The notes beneath the pieces are model-generated. The model was not told where the DNA came from and did no database searches. It was given only the letters and a program-made list of their open reading frames with translations. A DNA stretch of 64,000 nt from Raja brachyura (lineage: Eukaryota): the NCBI GenBank assembly GCA_963514005.1, contig OY740797.1, forward strand, positions 18,786,001 to 18,850,000, written 5' to 3'. A program made the translations under genes and the position numbers. Below, piece by piece: positions 24,110 to 34,720 of the stretch. Position 1 is the stretch's first letter; the number at the start of each line of letters is the position of its first letter.

Positions 24110-24990
24110 GAACACAGTCATGGAGCTACACAGCACAGAAACAGGCCCTTCAGCCCACTTTGCCCATGCTAACCAAATTTGCATATTGGACTGGTCCCAT
24201 TTCTCTGCATTTGGCATGTAACTCTCAAAACCATTCCTATCCAAATGCCAAAAGTCATATTTGTATCTGCTTCTATAGCTTCCTTTGGCAGCTCATTCCA
24301 GATATGGATTACCTTCTGAGTGAAAAGTTGTCCCGAGGTCTGTGTAAAATCTCTTCATTTTCACTCTATCCCCTGTAGTCTTTGAATCCTCTACCCTGGT
24401 AAAGGGACTGAACATTCACTTTATTCATACTCCTTATATCTTGTATACCTCAATAAGGCAATTCATCAGATTCCTACGCTCCAAAGGAAAAAAATTCCAA
24501 GCCCATCCAACTTTTCCCTCCAACTCAAGACCGCAAACCCAGGAAGCATCCTGGTGAATCTGCTCTGTACCGTTTCCATCCCCTAATGACTATTTCCCAT
24601 AGCTGGGTGACCGGTGCTGCACATGGAACTCCCAGTGTGGTCTCAAAAATGACTTATGCAGCTTCATCATGATGTCCCAATGTTTGTACTCAGTGCTCTT
24701 CCTGGTGAAGGCAATCGTGCGAGATGCCTTCTTCATTACATTGCCCACCTGACTCACCACCATGGGAACCATGCACCTACACCCCAGATTTCTCTGTTCT
24801 ATAATACTCTCCAGGGATCTACCATTTACTGTTTAAATACTGCCATGGTTTGACATATCACACTTGCCAGAGTGAAATTCCATTGGCCATTCCTTGGCTC
24901 ACCTTCACAATGAATCTAGATCCTGTGTAAACTTAGATACTTCCTCACTGTCCACTATACCATCAATTTTGGTTTCATCTGCTAATTATC
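24110..24990 (-). mobile_element. CR1 LINE 3' fragment
   Basis: KKASRTIAF..EYKHWDIMMKLHKSFLRPHWEF ORF2 remnant plus tail. Confidence 0.85.
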
Positions 24991-25050
24991 TGCAGACTAC
25001 GCAAGCGCTGGAAGCTCAAATCTCATTCTATTTATTTGACCTCTGTACAG

Positions 25051-25134
25051 GGCTGTGACAGACAGATGGTTTTCGACATGCTGAAGCGACTCAAATCAGT
25101 TGTATATTTGCCTGGAGACCACGTATGTAAAAAG
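25051..25134 (+). CDS. CNGB1: CNGB1 exon: [28 protein letters not shown]
   Basis: ctgtacag|GGC and AAG|gtaacc, 84 nt. Confidence 0.95.
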
Positions 25135-25496
25135 GTAACCACAAAATGCTTAAACAGGTTTAATAAAATAAAGGTTGGCATATGTGCAGCATATTTAGCA
25201 AACTCCTACTGACGTTTCTGGATATTTCTGGCACAGTAACAGGTCATTTGACCAATGTGTCCATATTGGCATCTGTGCTCCCCTCCCACCTCTTCCTGTC
25301 TATTCCTCTCAATCTATTTGTGGAAAAACGCCACACATGGCAGTACCGCATTCCTTCAGTAAGGCAGTGGTGGATCAGCTCAAATCTTATACCCGTCTCA
25401 AGTGTGGGAATTGACAATATTTCTAACTCCGAGGCAAATGTGTTAGCACTGAGCCAACTTTGAACCAATAAACATTTGCTGAATGAGACAAATAGC

Positions 25497-25760
25497 TAGT
25501 CTAAAGAAGGGTCTTGATCCGAAACATCACCTATTGTGTAGGGAGGAACTGCAGATGTTGGTTTATATGGAAGATAGATATAAAATGCTGGAGTAACTCA
25601 GCGGGACAGACAGCATCTCTGGATAGAAGGAATGGGTGACGTTTTAAGTTCAGACCCTTCTTCAGACTGTGTCAGAGGTGCTGAGAACGCCACCTATTCC
25701 TTTTGTCCAGAGATGCTGCCTGACAAGCTGAATTACTCCAGCAGTTTGTGTCTGTCTTCT
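25497..25760. mobile_element. Nested Penelope terminal-repeat copies (a - strand copy inside a + strand copy)
   Basis: The + copy is interrupted after gaaacatcacctatt (25535) and resumes at aacgccacctatt (25686). Confidence 0.75.
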
Positions 25761-26159
25761 CTAAATAACCATCCAGCTAAGTTGCCAAAACAGCAGGCAA
25801 TTTGAATTGGTAATTGTGATTTCAATTAATTGCTCGGTTTCCATTTTCTGCACAGACAGAAATATGCTGACAGTACTGTAGTAGTACTGGCTTGTTTTAT
25901 TTATCTTTTGATTTTTAATTCTACTGAAATCTGCAGGGGTGTAAATATACTGATGATGCCTCTTCGAAAGACTAAAGATTAAATAAAATATACTTTTTTC
26001 ATTTGTACTAGAACATTATGAATTACGGAATGTAGCTCCGTCTGCTATTGATAAAATGGGGCGAAATTATCTTTCGCTTTGAACTTTGTATTCATCATCA
26101 TTGATTTGTTTAACAATCAGCAGAATAGCCAAGCCATAAATTGTGAATAGATCAGATAT

Positions 26160-26652
26160 TCACCTGCTGGAGGGAGTACAGCGTAGGTTCACCAGGTTAA
26201 TTCCCGAGATAGCGGAACTGACATATGATGAAAGAATGGGTTGACAGAGCTTACATTCAATGGAATTTAGAAGGATGAGAAGGGATTTTATAGAAACAAA
26301 TAAAATTCTTAAAGGATTGGATGCAAGAAAAATGTTCCCGATGTTGGGGGAGTCCAGAACCAGCGGTCACAGCTTAAGAAGGCCATTTAGGACTGAGATG
26401 GGGAAAAATGGTTTCACCCAGACAGCTGTGAATCTGTGGAATGCTCTGCCACAGAAGGCCGTGGAGGCCAATTCACTGGATGCTTTCAAGGGAGAGTTAG
26501 ATATAGCTCTTAGGGCTAACGGAATAAGGGATATGGAGAAAAAGCAGGAACGGAGTACTGATTTTGCATGATCAGCCATGATCATATTGAATGGTGGTGC
26601 TTGCTCTAAGGGCCGAATGGCCTACTCCTACACCAATTTTCTATGTTTCTAT
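26160..26652 (+). mobile_element. CR1 LINE 3' fragment
   Basis: LEGVQRRFTRLIP..EFRRMRRDFIETNKILKGLD..VNLWNALPQKAVEA and ttctatgtttctat tail. Confidence 0.9.
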
Positions 26653-26933
26653 ACATTGAAGCAGGTCCATTTTAATCAATTGAATGGTTACATCCAACCC
26701 AATTTTCATGCCAACTGATTTAACTCGCCATTGACAGATTAAAATTAGGTATAAACTAGCGATGAGAAAAATAGAATGGGTGAGATATGTATCTTTGTTC
26801 GTGTACTAATCTTCACATTAAAATAAATGTACTTTACACACATTAGCTATGTTATAATTTAAGAAAATTGGCAGTTTTTTTAATGACAATGTTTCAAACT
26901 ATCTGCTTAATAGAAGCTATTTGTCTTTTTCAG

Positions 26934-27052
26934 GGAGAGATTGGAAGAGAAATGTACATAATTAAAGCTGGCGAGGTCCAGGTTGTTGGTGGCCCCGATG
27001 ATAAAACCGTGTTTGTGACTCTGCGAGCAGGCTCCGTTTTTGGTGAGATCAG
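26934..27052 (+). CDS. CNGB1: CNGB1 exon, CNBD: [39 protein letters not shown]
   Basis: tttttcag|GGA and CAG|gtgagg, 119 nt. Confidence 0.96.
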
Positions 27053-27754
27053 GTGAGGCTCTACTGAGACCAATTTATAATCAAAGTTTATTTTCTCTTA
27101 AAAAAATTGTAAAAATAAAATCCTGCAAGATGTAATTAAATGAAATCAGTAAAGATTTGCAGGAACAATGCCCTTGACAAATATTCAAGCAAGTTCTTGT
27201 TTATTTTCCAGGGACAGAGTCGTTGAGCATCAGGTTAAACACTAGGTCAGATGGATTTGACACTTCAACTAAGACAGCAAGAATGAGCAGTTTGCTCACC
27301 TATCAGGAATCATTACAGCCACCCCTGATCCCAAGTACATTTTGTTCCATATATTAGTTGTCCGACTGCACTTGAGTGTTATTAGATTGCAATCAGTGAC
27401 AACTGGATAACAGTTGAAAACCAGACAATTAAATTTAGGAAAAGACAGCCTGCCCGATTTCTCCTTTTATGAACTTTGATGGTGAAGCCATGTTCCTACT
27501 GTGTCACCCTCCAACACTGATCAGTCACTGAGCCCTGTATTGTCCCTATCTGTTGGGCTCAATTATTTGTGTACTATAATTATTGAGGCCTCAGGTAAAT
27601 ATGAGTGCAATATGTTCTAGCTATCATATCTACACTATTGTGTTTTGAATTTAAAAAGTAATCTTTTTTTGTGTGATCGAAGCATCGGATGATTTTATTT
27701 TCTTATTCTCCTCATCTTATCCACTCTCCTCTCTCACCTTTGTTAATATAATAG

Positions 27755-27901
27755 TTTGCTGTCAGTGGGAGGTGGAAATCGGCGGACTGCCAACGTCGTT
27801 GCTCATGGATTTGCAAATCTTTTCATCCTCAACAAGAGAGACTTGAGTGACATTCTGATCCACTACCCGGATTCTCAGAAACTTCTCCGAAAGAAAGCTA
27901 A
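27755..27901 (+). CDS. CNGB1: CNGB1 exon, CNBD: [48 protein letters not shown]
   Basis: aatag|T acceptor, weak AA|gtctgt donor, 147 nt, phase fits the next exon. Confidence 0.94.
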
Positions 27902-28649
27902 GTCTGTGCAAACTCTTTTAATACTTATTGTTTTCATTCATGTACATGGGGTACATGTACATGAATGTAATAGGGGTACTGTTTTTGATATGAGTCATTT
28001 TATGCAATTAAGCAATTAAATATAATTCAGGATTAGTGATTCTAAATCCCAATTTTAGTGCTAGCTGCTTCTTGTACAGTCAGGTCAGGAAAAGCAACCA
28101 GTTTGCCATCGATGCACCTCTGCCAGGCAATGGCCTGGTCCCAATACCGAGACTTTACTCACTGCAACCCTGCTGCTGTAAACAGGGTGGAGTGCGAATT
28201 CCAACTTCCTGTCAATCGCATCACTAATGTAAGAAATGTTCAAGTGACTTGAATATTTCCTGCAGGTTTCCTGGCAATTAGACTGCTTTTCTTAAGGAGC
28301 TCACCACGGGAAGGAAACAGAAACTCTAATCTAGTGCAGGATTTGATTCAAAAACAGAAATGCTGGTTTGCTTGACTGGCTGAGTTCTCCAGCATTTCTG
28401 GTTTTGTTTAAGATTCCAATATCTGCAGTTTTATTTGTTTTCTATTACAGCAGGATTTTATTCACTGCTGTGATCTTTGAATTCCAAATGCTAGCTGTTT
28501 CCTGCACATCTAAATCCTGTCTGTACAACTCAGAGGGAGATCACAGTTTTGTATGAATGACTTAATTGTAGGCAGCAGTAGAATAGTTGTGAAGTTAGGT
28601 AGGAAAGTAATTCATAATGATATAAAATTATACATTTTATATAGGAAGC

Positions 28650-29290
28650 TACATCGGGATATAAATAATGAGAGGTCAAAGAACTGGCAAATATAGTATT
28701 ATCTGGGGAGAAAAGTGAAATTAACCATTATGGCAGGAGAAAAAGCATATGGTGAAAGACTGCAGAGTGTGAAATGTAGAGGGTCTGTATATTCTAGTAC
28801 CTATTTTGCAAAAGGCTAAAATTCAGGTTGGGTGATCTTTAAGGAAGTTAATAGAATGTTATTATTTATTACTAAAGAGGTTGTGTGCAAATTAGTTATG
28901 CTTCAGTTGCATAAGGAATTTCTGAAACCAATTTTAGAGTACCATTTAGAATACCGATCGGCTTATTCAAGGGAAGTTGTTAATTTGTTAGGAGCAGTTC
29001 AGAGATAGTTTACTAGACTAAAACGTGGACTAGACTAAAACGTGAGTTATATTTAACCCTTTAGAAGTAAGGGATTAACATTTAGGACAGTGTGAAATGA
29101 TTTTTTTTCTCAAAAGGTAATGGGCAGAGTCTGAATGCATTTAAGGCTGAGGTAGATTGATGGTTGAGAAGCAAGTGGGTGAAGGGAATATAGAGTTGGA
29201 TTACAATCAGATCAGCTACTATTTCATTAAATGTCAGAGCACGCATGAATGCTCAAATTACATTTGCTTGCTCCTAATGCATATGTTTGC
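28650..29290 (+). mobile_element. Old CR1 fragment
   Basis: Decayed ORF2 C-terminus and 3'UTR. Confidence 0.6.
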
Positions 29291-30161
29291 ATTCCACTAT
29301 TAAAGGTGAGAGATCTATATACTAATATATCGTGATATTTGTACTGAACTGTATACAAAAATGAATTTCACTGTACCTCGGTACATGTGACAAATAAAGT
29401 ACCATTGAACCACTGAACACACACAGTTATAGCAAAATTATCCTACAATCTGCTATCGAGAAATTAGAACGAACTGTCATTTGGGACAGAACAACTAAAC
29501 ACATAAAAAGTATTCATCTGCTCCGGTAGAACAGGAATACAGTTGCAAAGATATTTGGGCCTTGACAGTTGTCAGAATAATACTAGAACTCCAATGGTAC
29601 ATTTATTTTGAGACGTTACACAAACTAGGGTTGGACTTTAGAGTATTAATGGGGATATTTTATTAATGTATTTAAGACAAAGGTAAGAATAGATAGCATG
29701 TCTATAAACAGAAATCTTTGTCTAAAAATAGAGATACGCCCTTTAGGAATGAAGTTCAAAACCATCTTTACATGCAGACAGTAGCAGTTTGAAATACCTT
29801 ATGCAAACCACACCTCATGCCTGGTCACTTGTTACTTTCAAATCTAAGAGTTATACATTTTAAATCCTGACTATAAATTGTCCCTAAACTGAATAATGCC
29901 ACTGCTGAGTGTTGGTCTATACACTGTCCCTAAATTGAGCTTCACCACTAATGAATGTCAATCTATTATATGGCCACAAACTAGATAACATGACTGGTGA
30001 CTGTTGACCTAGACTTTACCCCTGCAACCAGGAACATGATTGGTTAATTTTGGTGTAATCACTGCATCTTTAATCTGAATAAACACAGTCTGCTTAATTT
30101 TACTAGATTACAGTGGAAACGTAAGATTATATCAAATAATTGCTTTTCAATTTACTTGCAG

Positions 30162-30348
30162 GAAACTTCTTTCTAAAGATGATGGAAAATCAGTAAAGCC
30201 AGAAGGAAAAGGATTCCAGCATATCATTCCACCCAGACCAGAGACTCCTAAATTATTCCATGCAGTCCTCTCAGTAGTGGGTAAATATGGATTCAAAGGA
30301 ACATTCTCTCGTATTAAAAAGAAACTTGGAGAATCTGCCAGCATGCAG
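30162..30348 (+). CDS. CNGB1: CNGB1 penultimate exon: KLLSKDDGK...IIPPRPETPKLFHAVL...GESASMQ
   Basis: acttgcag|G and CAG|gtagaa. PPRxxTPKLF motif. Confidence 0.92.
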
Positions 30349-30580
30349 GTAGAATTAATTCAAAGATTTTCTTGGAACAAATGTTAATGTTTTAAACTGT
30401 TATTAATAAATATTAGTAAAATTGGGCAGAAAATTAAAGTTCATTCCTGTTTTGGGTAATTCTAGAAGTTGACAGCATAAACCAGATGAATGGAGAAGTG
30501 TGGAAGGGTGTTTTAAATTCATTATCAGTGAATTCAGGGACAATGGTAACAATCAGTGTGATAATGGACTTAGTTAGGGT

Positions 30581-30662
30581 TACACAAAAAGCTGGAGAAA
30601 CTCAGCGGGTGCAGCTTTTTGTGTAACCCTCGATTCTCCAGCATCTGCAGTTCCTTCTTTAA
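30581..30662. mobile_element. 82-bp fold-back Penelope derivative with 14-bp TSD
   Basis: gacttagttagggt at 30567 and 30663. The interior is made of Penelope terminal sequence in both orientations. Confidence 0.8.
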
Positions 30663-30951
30663 GACTTAGTTAGGGTGTTTGCTTCCAGTCTGTGCTGGGT
30701 TAGTTGCAGTCAGCTTGGGAAACGTCAGCCTGCTATCCAGCACATGAATACTGTCAAAGAATTCCTGCCAAGAAATGTAGCTATGCAAAGAATCAGGCTC
30801 ATTTTATACCCCCACCCACAGTTGAATAGCATTTCTTAATGACAAGATTTGTATTGGTGTTTTAAGGGTGCGCAACAAAAAACTTGTGGCTGGCTGATAT
30901 TCAGCATTTCGATTTTTCTAATTTTTCTAAAGTAACGACTTTCTTCTAAAG

Positions 30952-32150
30952 TGACGACTGCATTGGTGCTACCTCCTGCACCCACACACAACTCACTGAC
31001 TTCATCCACTTCACCACTAACTTCCACCATTTCTTGACCTCACTATCTCCGTCGCAGGTGATAGACTTCTGACCGACATCCACTATAAACCCACAGACTC
31101 CCATGGCTATCTGGACTACACTTCTTCCCACCCTGCTTCCTGTGAGGACTCCATCCCCTACTCCCAATTCCTCCGTCTACGCCGCATCTGCTCCCAGGAT
31201 GAGGTGTTCCACACTAGGGCATCGGAGATGTCCTTATTCTTCAGGGATCGGGGGTTCCCGTCTTCGACCATAGATGAGGCTCTCACCAGGGTTTCTTCGC
31301 AACCCCGTAACACTGCTCTCTCTCCCCCCTCCCCCCCCCCTGTAACAAAGGCAGAGTCCCCCTAGTCCTCACATTCCACCTTATCAGCTGTCACATACAA
31401 CATTATCCTCCGTCATTTTCGCCACCTCCAATGTGACCCCACAACTCGCCACATCTTCCCGTCTCCTCCCCGGCTCCTTTCCGCAGAGACCGCTCCCTCC
31501 GTAACTCCCTGGTCAATTCGTCCCTTCCCACCCCCTCCCCGGGCACTTTCCCTTACAACCGCAAGAAATGCTACACTTGTCACTTTACCTTCCCCCTTGA
31601 CTCCATTCAAGGACCCAAGTAGTAGTTCCAGGTGTGACAGAGGTTCACCTGTACCTCCTCCAACCTCATCTATTGCATCCGCTGCTCTAGATGTCAGCTG
31701 ATCTACATCGGTGAGATCAAGCGTAGGCTTGACGATCGCTTCGCCGAACACCTCCGCTCGGTCCGCAATAACCAACCTGATCTCCCGGTGACTCAGAACT
31801 TCAACTCCCCCTCCCATTCCAAATCCGACCTTTCTGTCCTGGGCCTCCTCCATGGCCAGGGTGAGGACCGCTGGAAATTGGAGGAGCAGCACCTCATATT
31901 TCGCTTGGGCAGTTTGCACCCCAGCAGCTTGAACATTTTCTCCAATTTCAGGTAGCCCTTACTGTCTCCTCCCCTTCTCAGCTCTCCCTCAGCCCTCTGG
32001 CTCCTCCTCTTCCTTTCTTCTTCCTGCCCCCCCCCCCCACCCACCCTACATCAGTCTGAAGAAGGGTTTTGGGCCGAAACGTTGCCTATTTCCTTCGCTC
32101 CATAGATGCTGCTGCACCCGCTGTGTTTCTCCAGCATTTTGTATCTACTT
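30952..32150 (+). mobile_element. Penelope-like retroelement, 5'-truncated, sense to CNGB1
   Basis: Reverse complement of the 19.5-20.7 kb copy: DDCIG..GIY-YIG..terminal repeat. Confidence 0.93.
32056..32083 (+). ncRNA. Minimal hammerhead-ribozyme motif in Penelope terminus
   Basis: CUGAAGA-A-GGGUUUUGGGCC-GAAA-CGUU. All core nucleotides and the ACGU palindrome are present. Stem II is weakened and stem I is only ~2 bp. Confidence 0.55.
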
Positions 32151-33596
32151 TAGATTTTTCATTGCCTGTTTTTATTGGATATTACAGTGAACTTCAACTC
32201 TGTCTTTGCAAGCATGAAATTATAAAGAATCAAATGGAAGAATATTGTCTGATTAATTTCCATTTGTTTATGTTCAAGTAAAACTGTGAGGGTAGGGAAT
32301 GAAACTTGCCTCCAATAGTAGTGTAAAATGGGCTCCTAATTAATTGCTGCCTGCTTCATATTATAGCTGCAGGTCATTACATTCCCCCCCCCCCCCTTCC
32401 CCCAGGTGTACCGATGTCTTGATCACCCAGTATCAGGCGCTTGCAAGGAAATGGTGGAGTTCTGTGGTTGCACCATTCAAAGCCATAATGGAGAAAAAAT
32501 ATGACTGCATTGTGATAAACAATGTATTTAGTAATGGAGATAAACTCGAGTCAAGTGTTTATTTGCATCAACAAGATGTTAATAATGCAGAGGAACGTAT
32601 TAATAGAACTGAAGAAATTATTCTGCCTGATATGGTATTGTACTGTTTATGTTACAGTAATGCAGGGGCAATGAGTTCCAATCTTGCCAAAATAGTATGA
32701 GGATTGGAACTCAAGTTTTAAAATGATGTAAACAAAAAGCTGGCACAATTACCAGTAACTAAGGAACAGTTGGATTGTTATGTTAACACTGTCAGTGATG
32801 CTCTTTAAGGAAGAGGAACTATGTTTCACAATCAATCTGGCTGATGTCTTTCAGTCCCAGACCAACATATTTGGAGCTGGCAAGTCACTCAGTTGTTGCA
32901 AGCTGCCACCAAATGTGATATTGTTTCCACTCCTTGTCCCACATAGCCTCCTTTACCTATTTTCCGGTTGTGGGCATCACTAGCAAGGAAAGCTTCATTG
33001 CCCATCTCCAATTACCTTAGAGGGGTGACGATGAGCCACCTTCTCTAACCCGGCAGTCCGTTTGGTGAAGATACTTCCCCAACACAGATGCCTCACTGTA
33101 TTCGTATTTTCTTAGTATGCAGCCTTTATCGATGTCTTCACACATGCTAGTCAGTTGGAGCTTTCATAAATTATACTCTGCTTGTCTGAGCTGACTTTAC
33201 CCTGTTCATATTTTTGGGTTTAAACTTATTCCATCGTGTCAAATTATTTACAAATTGTATCCATTTAAAGGCAGCTTCTCCCTAAAACCTGCAGCAACGG
33301 TGACAGAAAATGTCTTCCGATTCCTGTTCAGAAATGATCATTAGCATGCTGTCTAGTTCCCTGAGGTAAACCTGAAAGAAGGCACATCTTAATGTGAAAT
33401 GTTTTCCAGCTACGCTGGGTTCTCCAATCAAAGTGGATGTTAAAGTACTATGATCCATAAACTCGCAAAACAAGGCAATTTCGCCAGAAAGCTAGTGTGC
33501 AGAGGGACCAATAGAAATGAACATCAGCTGATCGCATCATGCATTGAAGCACTTCATAACTGAATATTCCCTATTAAAATATACCCCTGATAACAT

Positions 33597-33717
33597 TGAA
33601 GATAGGCACAAAAAGCTGGAGTAACTCAGCGGGACAGGCAGCGTCTTTTGAGAGAAGGAATGGTGAATGGGAGACTTATCGTCGGTTTAAACCAGCATCT
33701 GCAGTTCCTTCTTACAC
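33597..33717. mobile_element. Short bipartite Penelope derivative with perfect 14-bp TSD
   Basis: acccctgataacat at 33583 and 33718. Confidence 0.8.
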
Positions 33718-34211
33718 ACCCCTGATAACATCGGTTTTTGCTAGCCATGTGAAATATCACACCTACATTACTTCTACAATCCACTTCACCACTGGTCACA
33801 CTGCCAAAAACATAAACATTTATGCATTTTTGAAACTTTTCTTATCTTAGAATTCAGTTTATATAGAATATTGCCCAATACTACTAGGCCCTTTGAAGAT
33901 AATTTAGAATATTTTCAAATCCTTATTTGGAAATATCTAAATAGGTCTCACATTCCTATTGCTGCTCTGAATTTGGTTCATTAATGGAATGTGGGTAATG
34001 TTTATTGCCTCTACCTAAACGTCTTGAATAAGTGGTGCTGATTGGCCATCATAAACCAACATGGATCTGTGTCGACATTAGAAACAATGTACAAACGCAT
34101 CAATGTTCTTACACCCACCAATCAATTGAATATAGATATTTGTGCTACCTATGCTGGGCATTTAATTGTTTTCTTTCTTTTTCTTGCAACCCTTCTCTCT
34201 CCACTTTCTAG

Positions 34212-34424
34212 CCAAGTCTGCAGCCTCCTCCCTCACCTTACCATCGGCGGTCACCTGTTACAGCAAAAAAGCTGGATGAACCTGACGATGAGGACGATGA
34301 TGTTATTTCAGAAATGATGGATTCCTCTGTTTTGATCAGGATGTCTCCTGCTCACGATGGGACAAAGGAACAAATTCTGTCCGTGGAAGTTCCCGATGAG
34401 GAAAAAGAGAAGTCGGAAAAGTGA
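34212..34424 (+). CDS. CNGB1: CNGB1 terminal coding exon: PSLQPPPSPYHRRSP...SVLIRMSPAHDGTKEQILSVEVPDEEKEKSEK*
   Basis: Long pyrimidine tract, ttctag|CCA (in-frame alternative acceptor 12 nt later). Matches the human C-terminus SVRICMSP..EQILSVKMPEE. TGA at 34422-34424. Confidence 0.9.
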   Translation, partial: PSLQPPPSPYHRRSPVTAKKLDEPDDEDDDVISEMMDSSVLIRMSPAHDGTKEQILSVEVPDEEKEKSEK

Positions 34425-34532
34425 TACTGCTTTGGATTTGCAATTTGTTTTGTTAAAAGTAGCAATTTAAAAAGTGAGCGCAGTAAATTGTTAAGAATTA
34501 GGCTCGCTGTGATGTTGCATTGTAATGAAAAT

Positions 34533-34720
34533 GTTGCATTTATTCAGCACATTTCACATCTCAGGATGACCCAAAATGCTCTATCGCTGATTACGTAACT
34601 TTGAAGTCCAGTCACTGTTACAATTTAGAAACACGCAGCACAATCTGTTTCAGGTGTTGATTAGGGCTAAATCTGTTAGGGAAATCCAGCACAACTGTCT
34701 TCTGCAGTTGCTAAAATTAT
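34533..34720 (-). mobile_element. DeuSINE/SacSINE-like remnant in the CNGB1 3'UTR
   Basis: ttgcatttat..tttcac..ctcaggatg.cccaaa..ctttgaagt.cagtcactgtt matches the reverse complement of the SINE tail also seen at 15440-15560 and 19320-19395. Confidence 0.5.

Larger units (their letters stand above)
228..34424 (+). other. CNGB1: CNGB1 gene span, 3' portion (17 coding exons; 5' GARP-region exons lie upstream of the window)
   Basis: Spliced exons give a continuous frame with the CaM site [21 protein letters not shown]1-S6, B-subunit pore [28 protein letters not shown] and C-terminal EQILSV. All junctions are GT-AG and phase-compatible. Core exon sizes (209,51,87,65,123,142,160,98,84,119,147) match my recollection of human CNGB1 exons 21-31. 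Confidence 0.96.

Noticed and set aside
29013-29045. 17-bp tandem duplication ctagactaaaacgtg
   Set aside because: Ordinary slippage inside an old CR1 fragment.
32344-32700. 118-aa ORF in the last intron
   Set aside because: Non-ATG start, no recognisable domain, not in the CNGB1 splice phase.
228-34424. Assignment as CNGB3 (cone beta subunit)
   Set aside because: [22 protein letters not shown], the EQILSV tail and KIFC3 adjacency all point to CNGB1.
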